Assembly (NCBI RefSeq): GCF_963921235.1
Contig: NC_086109.1
Coordinates: forward strand, 3,598,001-3,662,000
DNA from: Mobula hypostoma
Taxonomy: Eukaryota
Direction: 5' to 3'
Length of the DNA stretch: 64,000 bases
This document shows positions 48,261 to 62,364 of this stretch, in pieces. The notes beneath the pieces are model-generated. The model was not told the DNA's origin. It did no database searches and saw only the letters and a list, made by a program, of their open reading frames with translations. How positions within the stretch are numbered: the stretch's first letter is position 1; the number at the start of each line of letters is the position of its first letter. The translations under genes were made by a program, and so were the position numbers.

Positions 48261-48958
48261 GTTTTCTTTGGTCTCCACCAGACACTTAGCTGTCATCTGT
48301 GGCTCTAAGTCACTGTTTGCATGTGACAGTTCCACACCCCAGTACACTGCTTTAGCAGGTGAGGTAAACCAGGTGAGGTTGTCATACTGTGGTGAGATAG
48401 GGACCTTCCTGTCCTGTTATGCAGTCATAAGAGGACAGTCTTATCAACAGCAGAGCACAATAAAAGGAATGAGCTGTACAGCAGCTTTAGCAGTTGATGC
48501 TGCCTGGCCTGCTGAGGTCCTCCAGCGTTTTGTATGTGTGGCATGGTAGGTAGTCTGGATCAACTTCTCCAAGGTGAACTGTCAAATATAGAGGGAAGAG
48601 ATTTAAGGCGAGAGAGGGAAAGTTGAAAGGAGATGCATGGGGCAAGTGTTTTTTATACAGAGAGTGTGGTGGGTGCCTAGAACAAGCTCTCAGGGATGGT
48701 CGTGGAAACATTTAAGTAGCACTTAGACAGACACCTAAACAGGGAATAGAGGGATATGGGTTATCCGAAGGCAGAAGAGATTTGTTTAATTTGGTACTAC
48801 AGTCAGTACAGACATTATGGAACAGTCTCTTCTCCTGATCCCAGTCCAACACCGGCGAGGACTGACTGGAGATCAGTGACACTGCAGAATCAGAAAGTCT
48901 CCTCTCCTGAGCTCAGACACAATGACTCACCAAGCTTTCACCTGAACATCATCTAAAC

Positions 48959-49038
48959 CAGGGGTTCCCAACCTTTTCTATGCCATGGACGCCTACCGTT
49001 AACCCAGGGGTCCGTGGACCCCAGTTTGGGATTCCCCG
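48959..49038. mobile_element. 80-bp hAT MITE
   Basis: TIRs CAGGGGTTCCCAA / TTGGGATTCCCCG; 8-bp TSD ATCTAAA(C/T) at 48951-48958 and 49039-49046. Confidence 0.85.
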
Positions 49039-49807
49039 ATCTAAATTACTCCAGCCTACAACCCAAGTAAGGAATCCTCTGTTTGGCATCAAACATCACA
49101 GAAATATTTATCCATTGGCGCTCAAACTATGTCGTTCTGTTTTCTGTTTACTCCAAAGGTTTATTGTTGTGTTAAGATATTGAGAGTGGCTTCAACAACT
49201 GAAGCATATTCTGACGCAGGTTCCCCACGTGTTTCCAATAATGAAGTTTGATTAGAATCAATCTTATTTATATTTACATACATTGTACCTTTTCTTGTTA
49301 TTTCTTTTTGAATTGAAACCATATGACTGGAGCAGCTGTTTATTTTAGTAAATCATTCACATCAAATGGTAGTGAACTTGCTTCAGGCTCGTGAATATAT
49401 TGGCAGGTCTCCTGCAGAGATGTGGCTGCACCCCATTTCAACCAGAGTCTCTTCACCCTCATTAATATCCTCTGGACTGCCCTGTCTCCCATCATCGCTC
49501 CCACTCCGGAGAAATGAAGCTGTGCCAGCAGGAAGTTCCTGTGTCAAGAGACAAGACACAAAACTAATGGCCCTGAACTTATAGCCAAAGGCAAGCCTAG
49601 TGCAGCTTAATATTTATAGTGCTGGTAGGTGAGAGTGAAACTCCACTCACAAAATAAAGTCCCTATGCCCCAGCTTTATCAGACTGTCAAGCCTGTCAAT
49701 CGTTCTGAATGTTTTTGGATAAATGTTCATTAACTATTACAACAGTAACAAATGTAAAATTATTAAAATTAAATATTAAGTCACTTAAAATTATTTAGTT
49801 TGACTAA

Positions 49808-50013
49808 TCAGGGTTGTTAGCCCTGAACTGAATCCTTGAATCAGGAGGGCTGCTGGACCACTCTTAGTCTGGCCTCTGCCCTTTGACCTGTTTGGCATGG
49901 GTGACCCTACCAAGAGCCAAGGCACAAGGGCCTGAATCCGGTCAACATAGCTCTCTGGGTCATTGAGGCACGCAAGCCTCCAAACCATGAGAAGGTTGTA
50001 GTCCTCTTGGAGG
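49808..50013 (-). mobile_element. Non-autonomous RTE-type element, 5' part
   Basis: Homologous to 40705-40892. Confidence 0.6.
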
Positions 50014-50269
50014 AGGCACAGAGGGAATGGTAAGAAATATCTGCTGCTGTTCCATTGACTTAATCAGACAGACCCTGAAAGAAACGCAGACCTTCCCATC
50101 ACGCAGCATTACACCAAACCTCCCCCCAAGCAGTGTAAGCTGAGTTAGTTTCTTTGACATACTTCTCAGCTCCCCTCAGCCGTCTGTGAATCCCCAGACC
50201 AAGCACTGGAGTCAGAAAGCCATGGTTAGACAGGCCAGCCTCTCCTCCGTCACCCTGTACTGACTAACT

Positions 50270-50382
50270 CCTTTCTACTTCTTAAGTCTGGATGAAGGGT
50301 TCCGACCCAAAACATCGACTGTCCGTTCCCTTTCGTAGATGCTGCCTGACCTGTTGAGTTCCTCCGCCATCTCATGTGTTTT
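50270..50382 (+). mobile_element. Old Penelope-like terminal repeat
   Basis: AGTCTGGATGAAGGGTTCCGACCCAAAACATCGACTG...GATGCTGCCTGACCTGTTGAGTTCCTCC. Confidence 0.65.
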
Positions 50383-52679
50383 ATGTTCCTAACTTCCAGT
50401 TTTGGTTAATGATCACCTCTTCAATCATGTTTAATTTTCTTTTACATTCGGTGCCCTGATCCAGCAGCTCCTCCACGTCTGCGGCCCTCTGAGCAACTTG
50501 TCAGAACTTCTAGAGCTGGTCTCTCCCTTTCCCGTCCCACTCCAGATTCTCTGGACAGCATCTGCCATGCACAAGTCCTCCCTGCATCTGGAAATACTCA
50601 TTTAGATTCCTGCTTTCATGGGAAGTCAATCACACAGTCCTGTCATCAGTTTTCAGAAGCAGCCTGACACACCCTTCGCTCTTAAGGATCCACTTCTGTG
50701 CTGTTGAAATCTGTCGTGTGTCAGTGCCTCTTTCCCAAAGTCACTCCTCCTTCCACTTCTATCAAGTGTAGTATCTGTAGAGGGGAGAAATCATCAAGGA
50801 AAACTTGGCAGGAAAATTAATTGGAAAAGCTTTCAATATTTTAATTAAACCTCAATTTCTCAAGTGTCAGTTCCGAGTAATTTAACCTTTTTTGATAAGA
50901 AAAATCTAAATGTAATCTTCAGCTTCTGGCTGTCTGGATGTGATCCAACTGCATGGCTCGATTTTTGAGAAATTTGCATTAAGATGAGATAATTGTTTGC
51001 GTGTTAATCACTGAGTTTAAATGTCCTGAAGAGAGTCACACTGGCTGATGAGAGAACCTGGCATCACAAAACTGGAACAGGGACTGGGGGAAAAGGCAAC
51101 ATTCCTTTATTTGGAATGCTGTGAATCTTGGAAAATCAGATAAAATGATATTCAGTGACTGAACATATTTAAGGCTAGGATTGGGGTGGCCATCAGGCAG
51201 AAAAGAGGGCTTGAGATCATTCTAATTTGCCTATCGCCACAATAGGTCAACGGCAGACGCATTCTCAATGACTCTCCATGGTACAACCATAGAAGTTTTT
51301 GAGTATGTTTGTTAACATGCCAACTCTCTTCAAACTCCTAATAAAGCATATTTTTGAAAAACTGTACATAATATGTCTGAGAAATAACCAATGTGCAAAA
51401 GAAGACAAATTGTGCAAATAAAATATTAATACTGAATGAGTTGTAGAGGCTTGTCGATGAGTCTGTAGGTTGTGGAATCAGTTCAGAGTCGAGATGAATG
51501 GAACTGTCCAGAATCGCAATCAGAATCAGGTTTAATATCACCAGCGTGTCTCGTGAAATTTGTTGCTATATGGCAGCAGTACAATGCAATATATAATAAT
51601 AATGAATGTATTTAAAAAGTTAAATTAAATAAGTAGTTCCAAAAGAGAAAAAAAAGTAGTGAGGTAGTGTTCATGGATTCAATGTCCATTCGGAAATCTG
51701 ATGGAAGAGGGGAGGAAGCTGTTCCTGAATCCATGCCATTTCAGGAACCTGATGGTTGTAGGGTAATATCTTAATAATAACTTAATGAAATAACTTAATA
51801 ATTTAATGGAATACAGAACCAGCCAGGATTGGTGTAGCTGACTGAAGGATCAGGCAGTCCTGATGCAGTCTTTGCCCTGAAATGCTGACATTTCCCTTCC
51901 TTTTCAGGTATAGCTCAACTCAATGAGTTCCTTCAACAGTTTTATTTGTCACTAAAGGACCAGGTAGTTCAGTCCAGTAATAACTGTGGAGTTTTGTTGT
52001 TTGGTCTCTGAAAATCTCTGCCTGGACCCATTAGATACATGTCGTTGAGATCCCAGAGATTCCGGATGCTTGAATCTGGAGCACAAAACAATCTCCTCGA
52101 AGAATTGAGCGGGTCAAGAAAGAAGCATCGCTGGGGGAACAGGAATAAATCCTGTGGCAGGGTTTCAACTTGAAGCATTGAAAATTCCATTTACCTCCGA
52201 TGTTGCTTGACCCACTGGTTTCCTCCAGCAGATTCTTTGTTGCTCCAAGTATCTTCTGTCAGTCCAGATGAAAGGTCTCGACCTGAAATGTCTATGGTCC
52301 ATCTCCCACTGAAGGTCTGTCTGATTCTTTGAGCTTCTCCAGAACCTCTATGCATTGATTTTGTTAATGTGTTTTATATCCTGTAGAAACGTGACTCCAG
52401 GACAACATCCCATGCACCATCAATCTTCAGGCCGTGCCATTCTGAGACTTGTGCTAATAATATTTTGTGACTGTATGTGCTGGATTGTAACAATATGCGT
52501 TGTGTGTGACTATATGTACTGTGTTTTGCACTTTGGCTCCAGAGGAACACTGTTTCGTTTAGTTGTATACATGTGTATGGTTGAATGACAATTGAACTTC
52601 AACTTGAACTGGCTCTCCCACAGTGAAAGCCGCTCGCAATGTAGCCTACTAAAAATAGAATTGTTCTGCAAAATACGAC

Positions 52680-53055
52680 AATGAGGGATGACCTCATTGA
52701 AACCTATCGAATGGTGAAAGGCCTTGATAAAGTGGATGTGGAGAAGATGTTGCCTATGGTGGGAGAGTCCAAGACCAGAGGACACAGCAAAGTGGGATGT
52801 ACTTTTAGAATGGAGATGAGAAGGAATTTCTTTAGACAGATGGTGGTGAATCTGTAGAATTCTTTGCCACAAGTAAGAGTGGAAGCCAAGTCTTTATGTA
52901 TACTTATGACAGAGGTTGATAGATTCTTGATTAGTCAAGGCATGAAGGGATAACAGGAGAAGGCAGAAGATTGGGGCTGAGAGGAAAATTGTATCAGCCA
53001 TAATGAAATGGCACAGCAGACTCGATGGGCCAAATGGCCAATATCTTACGGTCTT
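52680..53055 (+). mobile_element. CR1 3' end
   Basis: GACCTCATTGAAACCTATCGAATG...AGGAATTTCTTTAG...GACTCGATGGGCCAAATGGCC. Confidence 0.85.
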
Positions 53056-53639
53056 ACGGACAACTAAAAGTCACCATAGCTACCTTACAGGGAAATGTAC
53101 TTTGCTGAACTGCTTTATATGGGTTTGGAGTTCACAGAAAAAAACAATATGTCAGGAAGGTTCAGTAAAACAATTTTTGTGTTGTTGCTGAATTAAATCT
53201 TTACCCAGCCAACATATTAAATCAACAATAGAGCAATGAATTGTAATTTTCTTTAATTCTCTGCTTACGATATCTGCTGCAGGCCAAGCTGATGATGAAT
53301 CTGCGTATTACTTGCAGTACGGCTTTGCGCTGGGTCAGTCGCAGTGAATTTGCTGATAAAATAGCAAGGTGTGAAAGCATCCATTATTCTGCAAGGAAAT
53401 CGCTGGGTGCTCCGTCAATTTAGTCACAGTGTGATATCTGTGATGTGCTGTCTTGCTGTGGTTTACACTGTCAAATTAAAGCAGCTGAAAGCATCTGCAA
53501 ATACAATTTATTTTATAAAATGGGTAAGAATAAAACCAGAAAGTTTCTTTTCCAATTTCACTTGGTTCCAGAGATGATGGATCTGTGAAATTGCCATCAG
53601 TTAGTCACGTGCAGACTTTGTGTCCTCTGAAACTTTTCA

Positions 53640-54895
53640 GGCACTAATGGGCCTCACTTGGAGTATTGTGAGCAGTTTTGGGCCCGTTATCTAAGAAAGG
53701 ATGTGCTAACATTGGAGAGGTTTCAAAGGAGGTTCACGAAAATTATTCCAGGATTAAAAGGCTTGTCATATGAAGAGCGTTTGATGGCTCTGGGCCTGTA
53801 TTCACTAGAATTCAGAAGAATGAAAGGTGACTTCATTGAAACCTATCGAATGTTGAAAGGGCTTGATAGATTTGATGTGGAGAGGATGTTTCCTATGGTG
53901 GGGGAATCTAAGACCAGAGAATACAGTCTCAGAATAGAGGAGTGTGCTTTTAGAACATAGATGAGGAGGAATTTCTTTAGCCAGAGGGTAGTGAATCTGT
54001 GGACTTCGTTGCCACAGATGGCTGTAGAGACCAAGTCATTGGGTATATTTGGCGGAGGGGGAGAAGATGGCAACGCGACGCAGCCTTGTGCGGCCACTCC
54101 GGTGAATGATATCTATAATCTGTCAAGTGGGGTGCCGTGCACAATCCTGATTTGATGGAGACAGACGTGAGAGAACGGAGGAACATCTGGAGAAACTTCT
54201 GGAATGCCTTTTTCGCTGCCGCTGCTACTGTATGATCCAGAATCTCCGGAGAGGAAGGCCCCGAGTCCTCGGCTTTGCTTGTTGCTCGGCGGCCGGAACG
54301 GGGTCGAAGCGCTCGGCAGAGATGGTGCTCGGTGCTCGATGTCGAAGGGCTGGTCAGAGGCTTGAAGTTTTCAGACGGATTCAGAGTCGGCTGTGGTCGG
54401 GTGCTTCCAATGCATCGACAGTTGTCGGTGCCTGGAAGTTCATGGCAGAGAGTTTCTCCCTTCTGCCGCCTGCTATCGGGGACTATTGGGAGTCGATCGG
54501 AACTTTGAGACTTTTTTTAACCATTCCCATGGTCTGCTCTTTATCAAATTATGGTATTGCTTTGCACTGCTGTAACTATATGTTATAATTATGTGGTCTT
54601 GTCAGTGTTAGTCTTTGGTTTGTCCTGTTTTTTTGTGATATCACTCTGGATGAACATTGTGTCATTTCTTAATGTATGCATGCATTTCTAAATGACAATA
54701 AACGAGGTCTGAATGTCCTCATAATCTAAACTAATCTAATATTTAAGGCAGGGGTTGATAGATTCTTGATTAGTCAGAGCATGAAGGGATACAGGAGAAG
54801 GCAGGAGATTGGAGCTGAGGGAAATTGGATCAGCCATGATGAAATAGCGGAGCAGACTAGATGGGCCAAATGGCCTATTTCTGCTCTTGTATTTT
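53640..54895 (+). mobile_element. CR1 3' fragment with nested insertion
   Basis: LEYCEQFW...LERFQRRFTKIIPGLKGLSYEERL...GDFIETYRMLKGLDR...RRNFFSQRVVNLW. Confidence 0.9.
54051..54738 (+). mobile_element. CpG-rich non-autonomous retroposon inserted in CR1
   Basis: Begins GGCGGAGGGGGAGAAGATGGC and ends GACAATAAAC...TAATCTAAACTAATCTA; ATATTT on both sides, and the CR1 resumes in register. Confidence 0.7.
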
Positions 54896-55924
54896 ACAGA
54901 GACAGTTCAGTCTGGCATCCATTTACTTGAGGACAGCTTGCAATAAGCAATAAACACGGAATGTACCCACAATGACCAGATCCTGAAGTGAAATTGGATT
55001 CCATATCTGATCAGCTTAGGGAATTATAGATCATGGAACACAGAACAGTGCTGCACAGGAACCAGCCCTTCAATCCATATGTCTGTACTACCTGCGATGC
55101 TAAATTAAACGGTAATTTCTTTATTATTGCCACATCTATCGAGATACAGAGAAAAGATTTATTTTTGAAAACCGTCCGTACAGATCATTTCAAAGCATGA
55201 AGTGCAGTGAGGCAGTACAAAAGGAAAAGTAATAACAGGTGCAGAATAAACTACTACAAGAAAATGTTATGGAGCAGACAAAATTCAAAGTAAACTTATT
55301 ATCAAAGTACGTATAGGTCACCATATACAACCCCGAGATTCACTTTCTTAGGGGCATTCACAGTAGATACAAAGAAACACAACAGAACCAATGAAAAACC
55401 AAGCTGAAGCGAACACGGACAAATAACCAATTTGTGCAAAAGAAGCAAACTGTGCAATTATAAATAAAAACAATAATAATGATAAATAAATAAGTTAATA
55501 CATAATATTGAGAACATGAGTTTTGGAGTCCTGGAAAGTGAAACCACAGGTTGTGGAATCAGCTTAGTGTTAAGTGAGTGAAGTTATCCGTGTCAATTCA
55601 AAAACTGGTGGTTGAAGAGTAATAACTGTCCCTGAATTGGAACAGTAAGGTGCAAGGGTCATAATGAGGTAAATTGTGATGTCAAGAGTCCATTGTATAT
55701 AACTAGGAAACCATTCAAAGTGGGTGAGGACTAGGTGTATGGATAGGAAAAGCTTAGAGGGATATGGTCTAATACAGGAAAAGAACAGTGATGTAAGCAG
55801 TACCTATCTCAAACAGCAGACATGAGTTGGACCGAAGGACCTGTTTCTGTGCTGTGACTGAGATTTTAAACTGAAGTTTTGGTTAGGTCCCTGCCTACAT
55901 GATGGGGTTTTAAAGCAGTCTATG

Positions 55925-58230
55925 GCTGAGCCCGCTAGGGGAAAGGTAAATCTGGATTTGGTGCTGTTATAATGAACGGGAATTGATTAGGGAGCTTAAG
56001 GTCAAGGAATCCTTTGGAGGCAATGATCATAATATGATAGAATTCACCCTGAAGTTTGAGAGAGAGAAGCTGATGTCAGATGTATCAGTATTATTGGAGG
56101 CACGAGAGAGTTGCTGACCAAAAATTATTGGTAAGGGACATCAGCAGGGATGATGACAGAACAGTAATAGCTGGAGTTTCTGGGAGCAGTTCAGAAGGGG
56201 CAGGATAGATACATTCCAAAGATGAAGAAGTATTCTAAAATCAGGGTGATGCAACTGTGGCTGACAAGGGAAGTTAAAGAGAGGGCCTAGAATATAGCAA
56301 AAATTAATGAAAAGTTAGAAGACTGGGAAGCTTTTAAAAACCAACAGAAGTCAACTAAAAAGACCATGAGGACAGAAAAGATGAAATATGAAGGTAAACT
56401 AAAATAGTATAAAAGAGGACAGCCAAAGTATTGTCAGATATATAAAGAGTAAAGAGAGTGGATATCGGGCTGTTGGAAAATTACGCTGGAGAGATAATAA
56501 TGAGGATCCAAGAAACAGTGTATGAAATTAGTAAGTATTTTGCATCAGTCTTCACTGTGGAAGACACAAGCAGGAAACCAGAAATTCAAGATTGTCAGGG
56601 GGCAGAAATGAGTGTAGTTGCTACTACGAAGGAGAAGGTGCTTGTGAAGCTGAAAGATCTGAAGGTAGATAAGTCGCCTGAACCAGATGGACTACACCCC
56701 ATCTGAAAGAGGTAGCTAAAGCGATGGTGGAGACATTAATAATGATCTTTCAAGAATCACTAGATTCTGGAATGGTTCCAGAGGACTCAAATTGCAAAAG
56801 TCACTCTATGCTTTAAGAACACAGAAGAAAGGAAATTATAGGCCAGTTAGCCCGACTTCTGTGGTTGGAAGGATGTTGGAGTCCATTATTAAGGATGAGG
56901 TTTCGGGGTAATTGGAGGCACATGATACAAAAGGCCAAAGTCAACATGGTTTCCTAAACGGAAAATCTTGCCTGACAATTCTGATAGAATTCTTTGAGGA
57001 AGAAACAGAATTCTTTGAGGAAGAAACAAGCAAGACAGATAAAGGAGGGTCAGTGGATGTTGGTTACTTGGGATTTCAGAAGGCCTTTGACAAAGTGCTG
57101 CGTATGAGGCTGCTTAACAACATAGAGCTCATGGTATTACAGGAAAGATACTAGTATGGATAGAAGATCGGCTGACTGGCCAGAGACAAAGAGTGGGAAT
57201 AAAGGGGCCGTTTCTTATTAGTATACACCAGGGATCAGTGTTGGTACCACTTTTTAATGTTACAGAATTGATGATTTTGTGGCCAAGTTTGCAGATGATA
57301 CGAAAATAGGTGGAGGCACAGCTAGTGTTGAGGAAGCAGGAAGTCTGCAGAAGGACTTAAACAGATTGGGAGAATGGGCAAGGAAGTGACAGATGGAATA
57401 TAATGAAGGCAAGTGTACGGTCGTGCATTTTGGTAGACGGGATAAAGGCATAGACTATTTTCTAAATGAGGAAAAATATTCAAAAATCAGAGGTATTCAG
57501 GGACTTGGGAGTCTTCGTGCATGTTTCTGAAAAAGGTTTTCTTTCACGATGAATCTGTGCTATGGAAGACAAATACAATGTTTTCATTTATTTCGAGAGG
57601 ACCAGAGTATAAAAGCAAAGGTGTAATGCTAAGGCTTTATAGGGCATTGGTCAGATCGCACTTGGAGTATTGTCAGCAGTTTTAGGTCCCTTATCCCCAA
57701 GAAAAGATTTGCTGGCATTGGAAAGGGTCCAAAGGATATTCGTGAGAATGATTCCAGGAATGAAAGGGTTAACATATGTGGAGCATTTGATGGCGCTGGA
57801 ACTGTGCTCTCTTGAATTTAGAAGAGTGGATTGGTGGGGGCGGCGGGGGGGGGACCTCATCAAAATCTATCAAATACTGAAGGGCCTCGATAGAATGGAT
57901 GCTGATAAGGAGTTTCCTATAGTGGGGGAGCTTGGGACCAGAGGGCACAGCCTCAGAGTAGAAGGACGTCCATTTAGAACAGAGATAAGGAGGAATTTCT
58001 TTAGCCAGAGGGTGGTAAATCTGTGCAATGCCAAAGACGACTGTGGAGGTCCAGTCATTGGGTATATTTAAAATGGAGGCTGATAGGTTCTTGATAAGTT
58101 AGGGCTTCAAATGTTTCATGGAGAAAGCAAGAGAATGGAATTGGGAAGTATAATAAATCAGCCATAATGAAATGGAGGAACAGACTTGATGGGCTGATTG
58201 GCCTAATTCTGCTCCTATATCATATGGTCT
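55925..58230 (+). mobile_element. Long decayed CR1 ORF2 fragment
   Basis: YFASVFTVED, KSPEPDGLHP, SQHGFLNGKSCLT, FQKAFDKV, KFADDTK and RRNFFSQRVVNL. Confidence 0.9.
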
Positions 58231-58967
58231 CCCAGCCTCATGGCAAATCTTTCTCTTGCAGACAGAGCTGCTTATAGCCATTCTTTATTCGGTCACATCT
58301 TGGCTGAGGTGCTGAGGTGTGTTACTGTGGGAAATGGGAAGCTTTGAAGTTGGGGCCGGGTTGGGTGAGGAGGCCCTCAGTTACTGTAGTAGTGTACCAC
58401 CCCGGGGGCACTCCTGAGTGGCAACAGCCCTCTTGGTTTTCCGGAATGTAATAGAACACTACTTAACACATTGCCTATAGATGTAGGAACAAAAAGACAT
58501 TGCAGGGTCTAGTGAATTTTTTTTATTATAAGAAAAGCTTATTTTGATTTTAAAGCATGGGAATGGTTGAGGTATGAAGGCTCTTGTGGAAATGCAGTTG
58601 TGATCCACAGCTGATGTGTGACTTCTTGCTCAGTCGGACTTTTCTTCTTGAAAGCATGAGTAGATGGAGCAATGGGGAGGAGATGTGGCAGAGTTGTGTG
58701 TGGAATTGAGGGACGTGGTAGAAGGTTTAACACACACTGGCTGGGGTCATCCGAGCTTGAGTTTAATTACACACTACATTAGAGGGAATGAGCGTGCAAT
58801 TTGTACCATAAAAATTCAATTAACGGCTGCAATAAGTTGCATTAAGTGTTTGGAATTCGAGCTGATCTTGAATCAGATAGCAGCAGAAGAGGATACTATG
58901 TGTGGAGGCTGATCTGGTTTCATGGAAGCTGGAATCTCTTAACAGGCAGTTTCAGAATCGGAAGCAG

Positions 58968-59500
58968 TACACAGAAAATGCTGGAGGAACTCAGCAGGTC
59001 AGGTTTCATCTGTGGTGATGAATAAACAGTCAACACCTCAGGCTGTGACCCTGCTTCAGGTCTGGAAAGGAAGGGTGAAGACACCAGAACAAAAAGGTGG
59101 TGGGGGGGTGGGGGAAGGAGGCTAGCTAGAGGTGAAGCCAGGCGTATTGGAAAGGTGAAGAGCTGGAGAGGAGGGAATTTGATAGGAGAGGAGAGTAGAT
59201 CATAGAGAAACGGGAGGAGGAAAGGACCCGAGGGAAGGGACCTTTGAAAGAGGAGAACATCTCTGATGTCCTGCAAAGGAAAGCCACATCCTGGGAACAG
59301 ATGTGGTGGAGATGAAGGAACTGAGAAGAACGAATAGCATTTTTACAGGAGATAAGGTGGGAAGAGGTACAGTCAAGACAGCTGTGGGAATCTGTAGGTT
59401 TATAAAAGATGGTGCTTGACATTTTATCTTCAGAAATGGAGAGGGAGAGATCAAGAAAAGGGAGTGAGATCTCAGAAATGGACCGAGTGAATTGAAGGGC
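58968..59500 (-). mobile_element. Old Penelope-like fragment (RT thumb region plus terminal repeat)
   Basis: IFYKPTDSHSCLDCTSSH...KNAI.SSQFLHLHHICS matches the PLE YxKPT...L...S.HP...I..SQF.R...ICS motif. Confidence 0.75.
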
Positions 59501-60100
59501 AGAATCAGAATCACTGACCTATGTGGTGAAGTTTGTTGTTTAGTGGCAAAAGTACAGTTCAAGATATAAAAATTACTAAAAATTATAAACAAGTAAATAA
59601 GTAAATAAATAGTGCAAAAGCAGAATAACTAGGTAGTGTTTATAGGTTCATGGACCTTTCGGAAATCTGATGGCCAAGGGGAAGAAGCTGTTCTTAAATT
59701 GCTGAGTGTGTGTCTTCATGCTCCTGTACTCTGTCCCTCATGGTAGTAAGGAGAAGAGGGCATCTCCTGCGTGGTGAGGGTCCTTCGTGATGGATGCAGC
59801 CTTGCTGAGGCACCACCTTTGACAGATGTCCTCAGTATCAGGGAGTGTTGTACCCGTGACGGAACTGGCTGAGTTTACAACCCTCTGCAGCCTCCTGCAA
59901 ACCTGCACATGGGAGCCTCCACACCAGTCAGAATGTTCTTCACCATGCATCTGCAGGAATTTTCAAGAGCCTTTGCTAACATGTCATATCTCCTCAAACC
60001 CCTAACAAAGTATAGCCACTATCATGCCCCCTTTATGATCTGCTGGCCCCCTGGATAGATGCACTGAGATGCTGACAGACAGGAACTTGTAGCTGCTCCC
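59500..60100 (-). mobile_element. Rex/Babar 3' fragment
   Basis: RRLQRVVNSA...KAASITKDPHHAGDALFSLLP. Confidence 0.75.
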
Positions 60101-60224
60101 TCGATGGGGATAGTGTGTATTCCCCTGACTTCCCATGGATAGTTGGCTCAATTGTTGGGATTTGAAAAAAAAGGAAAATAACATTTCTTTGCACAAAGAA
60201 GCACTGCAAGGTGTGTCCGAAGTC

Positions 60225-61520
60225 AAGACAAGTCAAGTCGCTTTTATTGTCATTTCAACCATAACTGCTGGTACAGTACACAGTAAAAACGAAACAATGT
60301 TCCTCCTGGACCATGGTGCTACATGAAACAACACAGAACTACACCAGACTATGTGAGACAGCACAAAACTACATTAGACTTCAGACCTGCACAGGACTAC
60401 ATAAAGTGCACAAAACAGTGCAAGACAGTACAATAATTAATAAACAAGACAATAGGCACAGTAAAGGATAAATTACAATATAGTAATAAATGATGTAAAT
60501 GTAAACAATGTAAACAATGTCTTAGCAGGAATTGAGAAAGAAATGAGCAAAAATTGCAAAGGGCGAGGAGTGGTGTTCAGTTGAGTGTGTGTGTGTTTGT
60601 GTGTGTGTGTTGGTGTCAGACTAGACTCTGGGAATTGAGGAGTCTAATGGCTTGGAGGAAGAAACTGTTACACAGTCTGGTCGTGAGAGCCCGAATGCTT
60701 CGGTACCTTTTGCCAGATGGCAGGAGGGAGAAGAGTTTGTATGAGGGGTGCGTGGGGTCCTTCACTATACTGTTAGCTTTGCGGATGCAGCGCGTGGTGT
60801 AAATGTCTGTAATGGCGGGAAGAGAGACCCCGATAATCCCCTCAGCTGACCTCACTATCCGCTGCAGGGTCTTGCGATCTGAGGTGGTGCAATTTCCAAA
60901 CCAGGCAGTAATGCAGCTGATCTGGATCCTCTCGATACAAACTCTGTAAAATGTGGTGAGGATGGGGGTGGAAGATGGACTTTTCTCAGCCTTCGCAGAA
61001 AGTAGAGATGCTGCTGGGCTTTCTTGGCTATGGAGCTGGTGTTGAGGGACCAGGTGAGATTCTCTGCCAGGCGAACTAAGAAATTTGGTGCTCTTAACGA
61101 TCTCTATGGAGGAGCCGTCAGTGTTCGGCGGAGAGTGGTCGCTCCGTGCTCTCCTGAAGTCAACAACCATCTCTTTTGTTCACATTCAGAGACAGGTTGT
61201 TGGCTCTGCACCAGTCCGTTAGCCGCTGCACCTCCTCTCTTTATGCTGACTCGTCGTTCTTACAGATGAGACCCACCACGGTCGTGTCATCGGCGAACTT
61301 GATGATGTGGTTCGAGCTGTGTGTTGCAGCACAGACGTGGGTCAGCAGAGTGAACAGCAGTGGACTGAGCACACAGCCCTGGGGAGCCCCCGTGCTCAGT
61401 GTGGTGGTGTTGGAGATGCTGCTCCCGATCCGGACTGACTGAGGTCTCCCAGTCAGGAAGTTTGGAATCCAGTTGCAGGGGGAGGTGTTCAGGCCCAGCA
61501 GGCTCAGCTTTCAGATCAGT
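60225..61520 (-). mobile_element. Rex/Babar LINE, RT plus C-terminus and 3' UTR
   Basis: Minus strand [18 protein letters not shown]...[45 protein letters not shown]...NSFF; tail repeats CTTGA. Confidence 0.9.
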
Positions 61521-62364
61521 TTGTGGCTCACACTAATGAAGATATTTGCAAATCTATGATGTTCCCTCAGATCATCAGAACTCCTCAGTAAAACCAGATT
61601 AGAACAGGAAAAATGTGGAACACAATAGTGACCAAATACCCAAGGCCAACTTAAAACAAAAAATTTCTGAGAATAACAGAACTGTCAGTATCACAGTTCT
61701 GTGGAGGGAATTGTGCCAATGTAGTCTCTTCCTTTAAAGCTGATACAGTACGTTGTGTTAGTCGTCTGCAAATGCTTTAAGGTATAGTCTTTCAAAGTCT
61801 GCTGGGTAATGGATTGTAATACTATAATAAAATTTTGGAACGAATGTAAGAACTCCCCATATTTGGAATTAGCCCAATGGAAGTCTCATTCTTGATTTTC
61901 AACAGGAAAAATATCACAGTGGAAAAATATCACAGAAGTAAACTCTGTGATTGCATGTTTTGTGTTAAAAGCAGCTGACAGCACAGAGTTTCAAAGCTAT
62001 AAATATACACTGCAATTTAGAGGATGCATCAGGTACAAATTTCACTGATACCAGAGTGTTGGGTCTATTTAAATAGAGGGCCTCTCTCTCTGACTGTATT
62101 TTCTCATTATACATCAATGAAGTTCATACGTAGGAAATGTTTGTTTGCTGAATACAAAGATAGGGAGGTTAGACTTCAGTTACGGAGATTCTAGGTGAGA
62201 GCACCACTGGAGGTCTGCAAACAGTGTCGGTCTCCTTACTTCAGGCTGGTTCTTAATGAAGCTGAAGATGTTCAGAGAAAGTTTACTGGATGGGCATCAG
62301 GAATAAATGTTTTTTTTATAGAGAGTGGGTAGGCAGGCTGGGTTTGTACATACTGGTGTTTTGA

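Noticed and set aside
56988..57030. Small tandem duplications within LINEs (also 10091-10150 and 25030-25080)
   Set aside because: Ordinary slippage in dead elements.
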